Assembly: GCA_012295275.1 (NCBI GenBank)
Contig: CM022674.1
Location: 13,082,001 to 13,146,000, forward strand
Source: Chrysomallon squamiferum
Lineage: Eukaryota; Animalia; Mollusca
Length of the DNA: 64,000 nt
Direction: 5' to 3'
In this document: piece by piece, positions 14,026 through 31,746 of the stretch
Layout of the letters: each line of letters starts with the position of its first letter
Position numbering within the stretch: the first letter of the stretch is position 1
Made by a program: the position numbers and the translations under genes
Notes under the pieces: model-generated
Database searches by the model: none
What the model saw: the letters and a program-made list of their open reading frames with translations, nothing else
What the model was told of the DNA's origin: nothing

Positions 14026-14210
14026 ATGAACTGTTTACTACTAAGAGTTCTTTTGTATATCTTCTCTCAATCAGCAGCGGAACATGCAACAATCGCTAAA
14101 GACGGACACGGAGCAAAGACTCCCTGGCGCGGTATTGCGCGCGCTTCGTTGATTCGGCAGACGACATTCGTCGTCGATTGAAAATCGGATATTTTCTTTC
14201 TTCTCTCGTT

Positions 14211-14242
<32 letters not shown>

Positions 14243-14619
14243 GAATTACGTTACAGTTTGACTAGTTAATCATAAAGTCTATATTTTCTCTCTTTCTTTA
14301 TTTAATAAAATAAAAAAAAAAAAATAAAATAAAAAAGAGCTGAATAAAGTCAGTGACGTATCTTCTCTATGTGCATAGTGCAAGCGAACAAATAATTAAA
14401 CAGCAATAAAGCACATTATTAAATACTGCACGACACTTTTCATAATAGTGTAGATGGTGGCATTTAGTTTATGCCAACAGTAATTGAAAAAGGTGATAAA
14501 TAAAACCCCGCCTCAAAAGGTAATCAGACGTGGGTAAAATAAAATTATATTATGAACGTAAGAGTTTACGTATGTGAAATAAAATTAACACACTGAATGA
14601 ATTCAGGTGGCTGGAATTC

Positions 14620-18065
<3,446 letters not shown>

Positions 18066-19235
18066 TCGCCTATACATCTTTGTGAACTTTCAACGATATC
18101 CAGCTTAACACACAGAAGCTGTGAAAACACGATTGTCAACACAGAACAAAGAAAACAAACAGCACACACTACAAGTTTATTTGTACTTGATTTTCCCACT
18201 AAAATTCACCACGTTAGGCACGCTTCCCCATTTCTCCAGCCCTCGATACTCAGGCCGGCCCGTATCCAAGAGAAACGACAGTCTAGCCTTGAGTTATGAC
18301 GTTGAGCAACTCCCTTCGTATTCCGCCCATGTCTAGCGACACTTGTCTACAATGGTAACCAAGCGAGACCCAGTCAGTGCTTGTGTTATGACGTTAAATG
18401 CCTTCTTTTAACGTTTGTTTATGCTTGCAGTCATTAATCTATGAGTAAGTAACGCCATCTTCATCTGGAACAGAAACGCGTAAAACTAGGTCCTTGATAA
18501 TTTGTACTCAATCGTTTGACACTAGACTTATACGAGTGGTAACCATTGGAAACACCAAACTTCTGACGTTGAGAAAGGTAGTTTATTTGTATTTGACAAT
18601 GACGAAAATACGTAAAAGAAGAGATAGTTTTAATCTAGTGTATAAGGGTATTTATATATATATATATATATATATACTTTTTTTTATTTTTTATTTTTAT
18701 TATTTTTTTTTTTTGTTGTTGTCTCCGTTGGCTGTCTTATCCAAAAGAAGACTGTTTAAGTCTTAACTGAATATACAATGAATATGGATTAAAACAACGC
18801 ATATCAATGTACGACCAAAAACCAGCGAGGCAGAAGACAAATCATAGATACCGGACAGACACGACAAAGATGTCGTGCGGTATTCTGACGGGCGTCGGCG
18901 TTGTTTGGCGTGTCACCAGCGAGCCAGTGTAGCGCGACACCCTCGACTGCGTCAGTCACGTGTGACGTCGCGACGTCTGGCGTTTTGCACGTGCGTTTCT
19001 GTCCACTGTTGCCTGCTTTCTGACAGCGTGTGCCGGGTATGTCTTGTACAGGTCACAGCTTAATTCGACCTCATACTCGCTTCATTGGGTTTTGTGATGG
19101 AAGCTTGCCAGAATTTTCTTATATCCACGTTCATAGTTTTAAAGCAAAGAAGAAAAGAAAAATAAAGAAACCAATAAATAAATAAATAGAAATAAACAAA
19201 TAAACAACGACAACAACAACAAAATAATAATAGAA

Positions 19236-19266
<31 letters not shown>

Positions 19267-20698
19267 ATGCTAGCGCTTTTTAAATTCTTTCGTTTTACTT
19301 TTTTCTTCACGTTTTTGTTGTTTGCCAGAAATTATTACAATTCAGTTTTTTAAATTTATTATTTATTTATTACTACTACTACTACTGCTATGATTATGAT
19401 TATTATTATTATTTTTTTTTATTATTATTATTATTTTTTTAAATTTAAACATTTTAAAATTTCTTCACTGAAATTATGTATTTTACATGTAAAAGAATAC
19501 AAGCCCCATATCTATGTCCAGCCTTCACTGACCTTCAACATCTACTTAAATAAATAAATAATTAAATAAATAAATAAATAAATAATGATACCCTTACGGT
19601 CACATTACAGTGGTGTTTTATTTTTTATTTAACTCTTTTACTTATACAACATCTACAACAACAACACTTTTTTTTTTTTTCCCTCGAGAATTACGCACAG
19701 ACAAATTCAGCGTTCACGTCTGCAACAGAAATCGTCTCGTCTGCTTCACGCGGCTACGAAAAACAAAATGGAAGATAAAAAATGTCATGTTACATACAGC
19801 AAGAACACAAACCAGAACAGTACGGAATTACGTACGAACAGACAGCGAGTGGGTCTGTCTAACGTATTAATTATTCTGCTTTTTAACTGTGACAGATAAG
19901 GAGCAGGAGAAGATTTTTTTTTCTTATAGGTTAAAAAAAAAAAAAAAAAAAAAACAAAAAAAAACGCCGCTGGGCTGAATTGAAAGGCTTACGCATGTTT
20001 TGGTAAAAGGAAAAAAAAAAAAAAAAAAAAAAAAAAAATAGGAGAAGAAGTAAAGAAAGAAAGAAAGATGAAGAATAGAAATAAATCAGACTGAAAGAAA
20101 AAGGAACGCCTTGGGCTACGGTAAAAGGAGTGCTAAAAATAATAATAATAATAAAAAAAGTAAATAAATAAATAAACTAAAAAAATAATTTAAAAAATAA
20201 ATAAAATAAAACAAAACATAAAACAAGAACAATGACAGCAATAACAACAGCAACAGCAGCAGCAGTAACAATAACAACAACAATAATAATAATAACAATA
20301 ACAATAATAATAATAACAGTAACAATAATAATACCAAAATAATAAGAAGAACACAGAGTATAAAAAATCGACTATATTAATTTACTATGATAGTTATTAA
20401 AAAACAACACAAAAACCCTGAGTAATATTAATTACGATATGATTCAGTTTCCGGTTGATTACAAGTTATTAATATTAGCTCACACAGACACAGTGAAACA
20501 GAACTGACGTAGGTGAGAAGGAACGAAGGGGCGGGAGGGGGCAAAAAGTGCAAAAATTCCCAGGGCAAAATGTGTGTCGCTGTTCACAGGTGAAAAGAAC
20601 AGGTGTGAAGCCATTTTGTTTGTGATTACATTCGAAATACAACAGAAGTAATTTCGTTTCAGTTTCAAAATTAGATTGAATCAGTCTTCTTCTTCTTC

Positions 20699-20746
<48 letters not shown>

Positions 20747-21474
20747 ATAAAATTGAATAAAATAAATAAATAAATAAATATATAAATAAATAAAATAAAA
20801 TAAAATAAAATAAAATAAAATAAAATAAAATAAAATAAAATAAAATAAATAAATAAATAAATAAAATAATTTTAAAAATAATTTTATATAAATGAAGAAG
20901 AAAAATATTTTTTTTTGTTTACTATACAACTACTTTTTCTCCTGCTACTACTACTACCACATCATCTACTGCTACTACTGATTTACTGTTATTAATAAAA
21001 CTACTATTACTACAACCACAACCACTATTAATTTTACTAATCCTACCACCACTACTACTAATTCTGTTATTACAGCTACTGCTACTGATACTACTGTCAT
21101 TACTACCACCACTAATTAATAAATACATTTTATATGAATAAAAAAAAAACGAAAAAAAAATATGGAAAGTAATAAATTGACAAACTCTTTTAGGACCGAT
21201 GCCAGTTAAAGACATTAAACTTCATAATTTCTATCCACGATATGACGTCAGAATTATAGGGAAAATAACAGTCGTAAGTCCGTACATGAAAGACTTATAT
21301 TTGTATCACTGGCAAACTTTGTTATTAGTAAAGGATCATCATAACAAACAAATAAAGCTATCACTTGTGCGGGGACAAAATACATTTAGGCCATTTTTTC
21401 ATACAGCTACGGGTTCCTTTAAAGGCACTATAAATGAACTGAACAGACGCAGTAAAAAACAGAAGAAGAAGAAG

Positions 21475-21514
<40 letters not shown>

Positions 21515-21899
21515 AGAAGAAAATCTCGAGTTCGCTTAAGTCTTTTATCGTTTGTTGAAAATTTAAATTCTATAGGACTGTTTTGATCACAGACTATAAA
21601 GTTATTTAAATCAGGTATTGTAGCACGAAATGAAACCCGTCCATACATTCTTTTCATTCTTAATAAAGCTGTACCAACTGTACAATAAAATATTATTTAT
21701 GATCAAATATTTAAATTCTAAAGTCGTAAATATTTTACCAACAGAAGAAACAGTATCTTTCGTGTGTAACAACATACTTTTGTACGGACGCTAATGCATT
21801 ACATAACTGTATATCATGCACGGATGATATATGCTGTATTTTTATCCAATTACGATTTTAGCTTCTATCTAAACAGCTCAGATTAACAACAATAATACC

Positions 21900-22062
21900 T
21901 ATCGCCTTCCTTCCCAGCCTATTTCGCCAAGCGAGCGCTCACGCCATTGGCCGCCTGAAGCGAGAGAAATCAAGAGAGTCTTTGCCTCATGCATATTCAT
22001 GAGTACGTTCACCAACAGTGGCGAGCGCATGTGCGAGATTCAGTTAGTGGCAGAGTGAAAAC
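21900..22062 (+). promoter_or_regulatory. Core/proximal promoter and short 5'UTR of the + strand gene
   Basis: CpG-rich patch. TTTCGCC (21922), inverted CCAAT (ATTGG 21946-21950), near-palindrome CTCATGCATATTCATGAG (21986-22003), NRF1-like GCGCATGTGCG (22025-22035), Inr-like TCAGTT (22040-22045) about 20 nt before the ATG. Confidence 0.7.
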
Positions 22063-22159
22063 ATGGCCGCACGAAGTCGCAGGAAGCTGGTGTGGTTACC
22101 GATATTACTAGGAATAAGTGGATTACTAAATACTGCGATTCTGTCACACGCCAGGGAAG
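22063..22159 (+). CDS. First coding exon of a secreted or type-I membrane protein (signal peptide MAARSRRKLVWLPILLGISGLLNTAILSHARE, phase-1 intron follows)
   Basis: ATG in strong context (AAAACATGG). 32 open codons: basic n-region (RSRRK), hydrophobic h-region (LVWLPILLGISGLL), small-residue c-region (S-H-A). Ends GAAG|GTGAGT, a consensus donor at 22160. Lies directly behind a promoter-motif cluster. Confidence 0.8.
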
Positions 22160-23664
22160 GTGAGTTTCATATCTAGTGTACCTATTGCGTGCATGTGAGA
22201 AAGTTAAAACGGCTTCTGGCAGCGGGGAGCGCCGCTCTTTTCGAGCCCGTACCCAGTTTGTTTCGACTCGGACTCGCGTTTCGTCGGATTTTATCGTTGT
22301 AAAAGGGACCGCTTGTTACTCGACGTGACGGCTTTTGTCACCGGCTTGCTTCTCCTTCACGAAATACCTGTCCCGTTTCTGGGGAGAAAATATCCTGTTT
22401 TTTATGTGTGTGTGTGCGGATAGTTGCTTTCTCCATCTGACAGGACCCAGGCTTTTTTTTTTGTTTTGGAATTATTTTGATTGGATAATCCAGTGGATTA
22501 TACTAGCGATTATTATTGATGTTTTTACCTTTACCTGGATTTATTACCTGTGTTTCATTTTATTTTATTATTATTATTAATTTTTTTTTTTTTTTGGACC
22601 TTTCTCTTTGATGTTCGGAGAGCAAAGATTGTGAATTCAATGGCTGAAGAAGTAATGTGAATTATAACGGTACTGGTACGAAACAGGTTATTTGTGAATC
22701 AATACACAGTCAAACAAACATTCAATACACAAATACGTACTTTTCATACAGTAAAATTATAACCGTTGACAGCAGGTATAGTTTCTAATTATAAACAGCT
22801 TTTAAAGACACATTTCTGAAATATTTTGTGGGTATAAAATCTGTAAATAATGTTAGTATAGATTTAACTGAAATGTTACGTATTGTGGTTATCTAAGTAC
22901 GCTGGAAAACGATATGGCTTATAGTAACACAGGTAACAGTTTTAACCCCGTTTTATCACCGCTTCGTAATTCATAATACTTTAAAATAGACTAATATATA
23001 TATTATTATTTATATATTTGTATTACCTAGAATAATACATGTCTATCAAAATAAATTAATAATAATAATAATAATGAAAATATTAATTACAGTAATAATG
23101 ATAAAATAAGTCATTATCATCATCATAAACTAAATAAAAACTACAAATAAACCATTCTTACATATTTTAAATATAATTATTTAATTTTCTAAAAACTTTA
23201 TAAATATATTTTTTAAAGAAACTTAGCCATGATATTTTCTCAGTTAATCTAATAGTGTTTTCCAGTATTTAAAAACGTCTTTTTAATGTAACCCTGTGTA
23301 AACGTAAAAATGTAAAAATAATTACATTCATCATCTTACTTATTTCTGTGTATATTTTTCACACATACACAGGTATACTCCATAAACACTGAACAAAAAA
23401 ATAAAAAAAATGAAGTAAAAGAAAATAGATGAAAAGAAGATTTCTATATATATATATTTTTTCCTCTTTTATTAATAAATATATTTAATAATAATGAAAC
23501 TGCATTTTTTTCTTCATACATGTTAATCTTGTATTATTCATTTGCTTTATAACTTTTCGTGCTTATAAATCAGATTAGAAAGGAAATTTTAATTACTTAT
23601 TTTTTAATCTGAATTACTGAGTATATAAAATATCCATGTTAGCCCTCAAAAATAAAATAATAGA

Positions 23665-23699
<35 letters not shown>

Positions 23700-26600
23700 C
23701 AAATAAATAAATAGAACAAAATTAAATAATGAAATGAAAGGTAATGAACTAAAAAAAAAATAAAAAATAAATGCAACAAGAATAAATAAGTAGTAAAGAT
23801 ATCAAAGGTTGTGTAAATAAATAAAAATAAAAATAAAATAAGAATAAATGCATAATGAAAAAGGCAAACATAATACAAAAATAAAATTAAATAAATTAAA
23901 AATAAAAACAGAACTGATGATAATTTTCTACACATTATATTAAATATAATACTAAAAAAAATGAAAGAAAAATACTGAGAGAAAAATGATTATAATAAAT
24001 AATATCTACCAATAAATGTTAATATAAATACATATTAATAGATAAATAAAACTTTCATGAATAAAGATTTTAAAAATATAATCTGCAAAAATAATTTTAA
24101 GACATATCTGTTGACATACTTGAACGATTTATATGGCTGTATTATTTAACACAGACATGCTTTTTCTGTTCAGGTTTAGTTTATTTCTTTATAAAATTAA
24201 TAAAAAAAAAAAAAAAAAACAATAGCATACAAACAAAACCACAACCTTCCACCACAATACACACCAAAACATTGAACAAAACTGTATTAAATATCATTAA
24301 TACGTTCATTCTTTTTCTTTATTTCTATTTTTTGATTCAATTTTTTTTACTTTCTTCTTTTATTGCGACTAAACTGAATTGAATTTGTTGGTACACTGCG
24401 TCAGTCTTGAAGGTTTTTCTCATTTCATTACTTCCAGCAAGACGTGTGTATGAACGGACATGAACTGAGCGTTTGCTATAATTTGTTTTTTTGTGACTGA
24501 ACACGACAAAGTCATCGGTTTATCAGACTTCACGTTTTAAATGTATCTCTTCTGTTTGATTTGAAACGAAAATCAAATTTTTAATTTTTTTATTTTTCTA
24601 TGTTTTAATTTTAATTATTATTAATTAATTTATTTATTATTATTATTATTAGTTTTTTTGTTTTGTTGTAAATGAGTTTTTTTTAACCTTGAGTTACAAT
24701 TTGATTTTAAATTAAATCTGAGTATGATATTAAGCTCTGCTTTTAAAGCTTAATTTTATTTTTATTTTTATTTTAAAATTTATTTAAATTCTCTTTTTAA
24801 ATGTTATTACATGCAGTACTTTTCAGTGTTTAAAAATTTCTATTAACTTTTGAATTTAACTTTTTTAATCTTTTATTTCAAATCTATTAACATTTAGTTT
24901 TTAATTTTTATTTTAAATCGATTTCAAAATGATATGTTAAAACCAACTTTTTGTTTTATTTTGTTATATCCTTGCTTTTTAAAATTTTAGATGGAAGTTT
25001 AACATTTCATTTGTTAAACCAGTGTTTGTGAATAACATTGCAATGCTTTAAAAAAACAATTAAAATTAAAAAAAACCCAATATATATACAAAAAAGTTTT
25101 AATATATATACACATGCACCAATCTATTACATATATATATAAAAAAAATGTTAAATTAATTTACCAATTTAGCTAAAACTATTCTTTTCAATTCCATTTT
25201 ATTTTCATTATTTTTTATTATTATTTTTTTTACAGCATTGTAAACAGTTTTATAATTAAATTAAAATATCTATAACACAAAACTACCACTTAATTCACCC
25301 ATTAATACTTCTTTTATATCCCAATAAACAGAAATAAAATTGAATTAAAAGCTCCATTTAGAGATCAGTAATGGAAGGAAGTTCAGATGAAGTTAATTTT
25401 TAAATACCAGTGTTTAATAAATATACATCTTAACAGCGATGTGTTAATATTAATAAGTTTAGTTTGGGTTTTTGTTTTTTTTAGCTTATTTCCATCTGAT
25501 AAATATTAAAGTAGGCTTGTGGTGGGCCGAACCAATTCAGTGGCTCAAGAACAGTTTTTTCAAACAGTTTATTTGGACATGTTCTTTATATAATGTTTTA
25601 GTTTGATGTGTGATACAGTGTATTTATTTATTTATTTATTTATTTAGTTAATTCATTACTTATGTACTTGCTTGTTTACTTAATTTACTTGTTGATTCCT
25701 TGTCTTCTTATATACTACTATTATGTTCATTTTCTTGAATGGACTATCAAATATAATAATTTTTGTTAATTTAATATTAGATGCAAAAGTTTAAATCTTT
25801 TTATTATTATTATTCTTACTAATGTCACACTTTTATTTCTCCAAAAAAAAAAAAAAAAAAAAATTCTTTTCTATTTTTCTATTCTGTTTTTCTATTTTTA
25901 AACTGCAAAGGCTTCACGATTATTTAAACTGTTCTGTGTGCTTGTTGAACAAATACATCTCCAGGCTTGGGAAGAAAGGAACAGTTTTCCAGCAGATTAT
26001 GTTAATCCCAGCCCAAGCATTCACTGTCTGCCGAAACCCTCATTGTCAGAATTTCTTTATCAGTGTAATATCCATTGTAGAGCACATCGCAATTTCACAA
26101 ACTCTGATTGGCTGTGTCGGGCAAAACATTCGCTCTTTTTGTACTCGAAATAAAAGATCTTAGAAAGCGAAAAAAAGAAGACAGGGAACTTGAGAATTTT
26201 CGTGTACACGTTAAATAATTTTTTTTTTTTTTTTTTTTTTTTTCGACACTTTCTTGTAAAATCTGTGGGCATTTTTAATGTTTGTGATTCGTCCATGAAT
26301 GAAAATAAAATGGCACTTGTTAAGAAATTGTTGTTGCTTAAAATAGGTTTTAAAATAAATGTAAATAAATAAGAAATCTTTGATATTGTTTAAATATTAA
26401 ATTATTATATTGTGTGCAGTGTAACATGTATACATTCAGCATGTTGTATTCATAACAAAGATATTGTTAATTTTAAATCATTACAAAAACTACAACCTCT
26501 TTAATGTTAACTTTTTTTAAAAATAAAACAATTCTGAAGCTGTTTAAATTTAATTTAAAAAAAAAATAATAATAATTTAAACTTTCTAGTATCTGAATAT

Positions 26601-27629
26601 TGGATCCTTCAAGATATATAAAGAGGTTTTAAAAATTTTATATATTTTATTATTTTTTTAACATTTTTCAATTTGGTTTTTATAACTAATTCCAACTGAA
26701 ATTGACAGTCTGTTAAGTCTAATGGAACTAAACAAGCTGTATTTTTTATTGTTAAATTAGATTTAGAAAACGTATGTTGAACCAAAATTTATTTTTTTGA
26801 AATTCATGGATATTACTATTGCCTTTGCTGACACTAATAAGACTATTTATAGTCATCATAAATGTTTAATACCCTATTTTGATGTCCAACCAGTAAAATA
26901 AAAAACAATTAAAAATAAAATAAAATAAAATGTATATATAAATCCCAAAATAAAGAAAATAATTTCTTCTACAAACCTCCCACTTTTTTTTCTTAACCAA
27001 AAAAGTTATAAATTGGATTATTAATCTTCCGATTAAATTTTTAATTTATTACTGTAATTATTAATTTATTAATTTTCAGTTCTTTGATCATGATTAGCAG
27101 TAATAATTAAATTATAAATTTATCAAAAAATGTAATTGGTTATAATAATCAACTTGCCTGAGGCTTGTAGGTAACTTGGTCATCAAAACCTCATACGTTA
27201 CTTCGACGTCATAAACATTTGAAATTTGATAAATCACCAGGCAGTAAAACATTTTTATAAATCTTTCTATCTCATGCCTGCCACATACATCACCCATCTA
27301 TCCTGAAAGGTCTGTGAAACCTGCAGTTTTACAAGCTTTTTGATATCAACAAAATCCATGTTGCCAACTCTGCGATGCCATGTGGCAAATGTTGCCCCTT
27401 TTTCTGTGTTAAAAGTTTTGAGTGGGGAGGCAAAGTGTTAACACATGTTAAATATTTTGATAACAGAACAGTGGAACTTTTACACACAAACACATACATT
27501 TGCTGTATTTCTTCCAGATTCAGTTTTTTTTAATGTATTTTTAACATTTTTTAATGTATTTTTTTTTTTTTGTTACAATTTTTTTTTTATGACTATTTTG
27601 GAGGAAGCTCAGTTAAGTAAGCCTGTTAA

Positions 27630-27660
<31 letters not shown>

Positions 27661-28346
27661 TAAATAAAAATGTAGCCACATCACTTTTTGTTATTTATGT
27701 TACTTCTGTTTTGATAAATTCCAACTTTAAGTTAGCCTTTTTTTTTTTCTTTTTTTTTTTTTTAGTTTTCAGAATTTATTTATTATTATAATTTTTATTT
27801 AACAAAAATGAAACCTATTATAAAGATACTCTGTACATGTTTTAAATCAGGAAACACAATTTTCCCATTAAATATCTTTTCAAAAGAGGATAGATTAATT
27901 TAATTAGTTTTGAATTACATGAAGTTATTCAAGAAATTTTATGAAGGGTTTGATTTTAAATCAGCTTCCATTTGAATGAATATATATATAATAATTACTT
28001 TAAAATACACTTTTTCTTCTTTTTTTTTTTTTTTTTTTTCTCTCTTTTTTCCTTTTGAGATGGGGGAGTCTGGGTGTGCAGTAAGTGAAAAATAATAACC
28101 CATCTTTTAAAACACACACACACACATAACACTATCAGTTTACTAGGTCACGTCAGTACAGCATTTTAAACTTTCAATAGCCCATTAAATAAAAAGCCAT
28201 ATTCAACCTGTCACATACCATTACCCTGATATCGTTTACGTTTTGTCTGTGATCACCCACAAGTCACCCACATAGGTGTTGAGAGGGGCAAACCAGCATC
28301 ATCCTTGCATAGCAAAAAAAAAAAAAAAAAAAAATTAACTTACCAT

Positions 28347-28435
28347 GCCACTGTCTCTTTGCACTTCGCCACTGTCTCTCTTTTCACTTCGTCACTGTCT
28401 CTCCTTGCACTTCGCCATTGTCTCTCTCTGCACTT
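28347..28435. repeat. Minisatellite, 4 x 21-23 bp (GCCACTGTCTCTYTTGCACTTC)
   Basis: Direct reading. Confidence 0.85.
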
Positions 28436-31217
28436 TGTCGCAACAAACGTTCCGCAAGATTGATGGGTTTATTTCCACTCGCATTCCCCGTCACGCATCA
28501 CCGAGCACGCTGGATCATGATAATTATGCAATCTTGGCGAAACATCTTCTGCCGTGCTGCCATTAACAAGTCATATTTCCTCGTTTTATGGACAGATGGA
28601 CGTGTTTAGCTGGTGTTTATTTTCTCCGGATGATTGGTTCAGAAATTTTTGAAGAGAGAGAGAAAAAAAAAAAAAAAATAACAACAAGAAAACAATGTAG
28701 GACAATGTTTTAATTGGTTGTTTAATCCTTTGTTGTTATTGGTCTCCGTTTTTGTTGTTGTTGTTGTTTTGTTATTATTATCATTACTGAAAGTAAAGTA
28801 TTGATATGTGCTGTAAAAAGAATTGGTTATATTAATTAATTAAAAAATAAAATGATAAATACAAGCTGTATATGGTGATGTATTTTAAATAAATAATTTG
28901 TATTGATTTTAAAATCAAATATATGAAGATCAATAAAAAAAATAATTGTTTAAAAAGAATAATAAATAAAATTTTAAAATATATAAAATAATAAAAATAA
29001 TAATAACCAAAATAATAAAATAAAGAAAAAATCAACAACAAAACCAAAAAAACACATTTAAAATGAGATCAATAACAAAATAAATAAAATCTTTTAAAAA
29101 CGAATAGTATTTTTATTATAGGCTAAATGAAACAGTTTTGTTAAACATCCTCACCCCCAGCGCCCACCCACCCCCCCTGTTTAAAGTATGGAGGCACAGC
29201 CCTGGAACATGCCATTGTCTGACACCATTGTGTCCCAGTTTGACTGTGGAAATGAATTAGGCCAAATTGTTTGAAACATGCCAAAACTAAATTGATGCTT
29301 TCACTATCAGTTTAAAATTCCCAAATGAGAGTTGTTGTTTTTTTTTAAATTTTTATTTTTGTTCATTTTTTATTTTTTTTATTTAAATGTCGATTTTAAA
29401 AAAACAAAAATTCATTTTCTTTGTTTTCTTTACATTGTCTGTGTTGTCAGCAAAGAAATGTATGGTTTGATTGCATTATTATTATTATTTTATTTTTACT
29501 TTACAAAAAGTTTTTACTCTAGTTTTGCATTAAATTGAATAGTTTTAGATATAGAAAAATAATAGTTATTTACATAGTTGTTTATATATATATATATATA
29601 TATATAAGAATAATAGAAATAATAAAAAATTCAAAATTCAGAATTTTAATTAAATTGAAAGTGTTATAGTTCATTCTAAACAACAGCTAACTATATAGTT
29701 ATTATTAAATAAAATGTTATAATGTGCAGTTAGATGTAATTAGTATTTAAAATAGTATTTTGTAAAATAAAACTTGCCAAGGTCAGTGAGTTGCTGCAGT
29801 CAAATTAATGGAGTTGAGTTGTATTTAACAAAATCATTCATTCTTCTTTACATGTCAACACATCAAATATTTATCTGTGAATGTCCTAGGTTACTAACTG
29901 TACTAAAATGTTTTCATTCATTTTTAAAAACTGTTCAGATATAAAGAACTGTACTTTGTTTCTGTGTGTGTGTGTGTTTGTGTGTTTGTGTTGTGTATAA
30001 TTTATATAAATGTGTGTATTGTTTATGTAGTGTACATATAAATGTGTATTATTATATATATTGTGTATATATGAATATATGAGTGTGTGTTGTATGTGTG
30101 TTTGTATATTGTGTATATATTTATAAATGTGTGTAAGTATTTATGCATTATAAGTCTCTGTGTGTGTGTGTGTGTGTGTGTGCGTGTGCGTGTGCGTGCA
30201 TGCACAGGTGTGAGTATGCATTTCCATATCTTTCATGCATTTTCTCTCTCCCTATAGTAAAGGTTGTTATTTGTTTTTGTTTTTTATGTATTCCATGTTG
30301 TATTGATTTTCCGGCAACAAAATTTTCTCTTAGAAATCCTGTGTCCTTTTCATTTACATTAATTGTAAAGTATTAAGTACACAGGAATCTCTCTACAAAC
30401 AATGTGATCATTATGTAACCATCCCCACTTCATCTTTCTCCTTTCTTTTCATTTGAAGAAAATTTGTTTAGTAAATATTCCTGTGTTTTTGTGTTTTTTC
30501 CTAGTTGAGAAGAGTTTGTAAAAATCATGTACATAAACACATTGCTTGCACACACACACACACATGCATGCATGCACACAGATTGACAGTAAATAGTTGT
30601 ATATTATTTTTTAAAATATTTTTTATTACTATTATTGTAGTTATTTATTTTTAAAATTTATTTTACCTCTTATTCTAACTAACAAAAAAGTATTGTTACT
30701 TATAACTTTATTATTATTAAATAATTTCTTTAGTATTAAAATACTATCTTTTAAAAACTTTATTATTATTAAAGTATTATTTCTTAAACATCTTATAGTT
30801 GAAATTCATTTTTAAAAATCTTTATTATTATTAAAGAATAGTTTTTTAAAAACTTGATATTAAAATATTCTCTTTATTATTATTAGAGTATTACCTTTTA
30901 AAACTTTTACTGTTAAAGTATATTTTTAAAAACTTTATTGTTATTCAAGTATTATTTTTTGAAAATACTTTCCCACATGAAAGTGCACTTAAAGGTCCCC
31001 TCACTGCTAACTGATTGCAGAAACCTTTTACACAACAGTAACCATTGACAACAACAAAAAAACCCTCTAAAAACAATCAGCTTTTACAAAGTCTTTTTTT
31101 TTTTTTTTTTTTTTTAATTAAAGGTGTAGAAAGAACTCATTCTTTTTTCTTTTTATGCAAGCTAGCGAGTATTCTTTTAAATGAATTTTCTTTCTTTAAC
31201 ACTTTAACACGAGGTTG

Positions 31218-31264
<47 letters not shown>

Positions 31265-31681
31265 GGTTGCACAGTAGTGGAAGTGTTACAAATCGCTTCT
31301 GCCGATTCCACGCAGTCGCATATTGATTTTTGATTTTCCAATCTTGAAGCATTGCCTCCGTCAGTTGAGAGTATTCTGGAATTCATCAACTTAATATAGA
31401 CACAAACACATCAAAGTCACCAACGTGGCAGTCTGTCTGTGTGTGTGTGTGTGTGATGTATAGGCAATCTATTACACAGCTTAACAATGTTAGAAGCCTT
31501 CGTTGTATGTGTTTGCTTGAAGGAAGAAAAGGGAGAGAGAGAGAGAAAATGGGAAGAATATTTCTTTTTCTAATGGGGGATCATGTGTTCCCAGAGATGA
31601 AACAAGATAAACTGACATGTTTTACTTTGTTTTTTGTTTTAAAACATTGTTCTACATTTGAAAAAAAAGACTAAATGTTAC

Positions 31682-31746
31682 ACATTGTTTTATTTTAGAA
31701 CACTGTTTTATTTTAGAACATTGTTTTATTTTAGAACATTGTTTTA
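31682..31746. repeat. Minisatellite, ~3.5 x 18 bp (ACATTGTTTTATTTTAGA)
   Basis: Direct reading. Confidence 0.85.
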
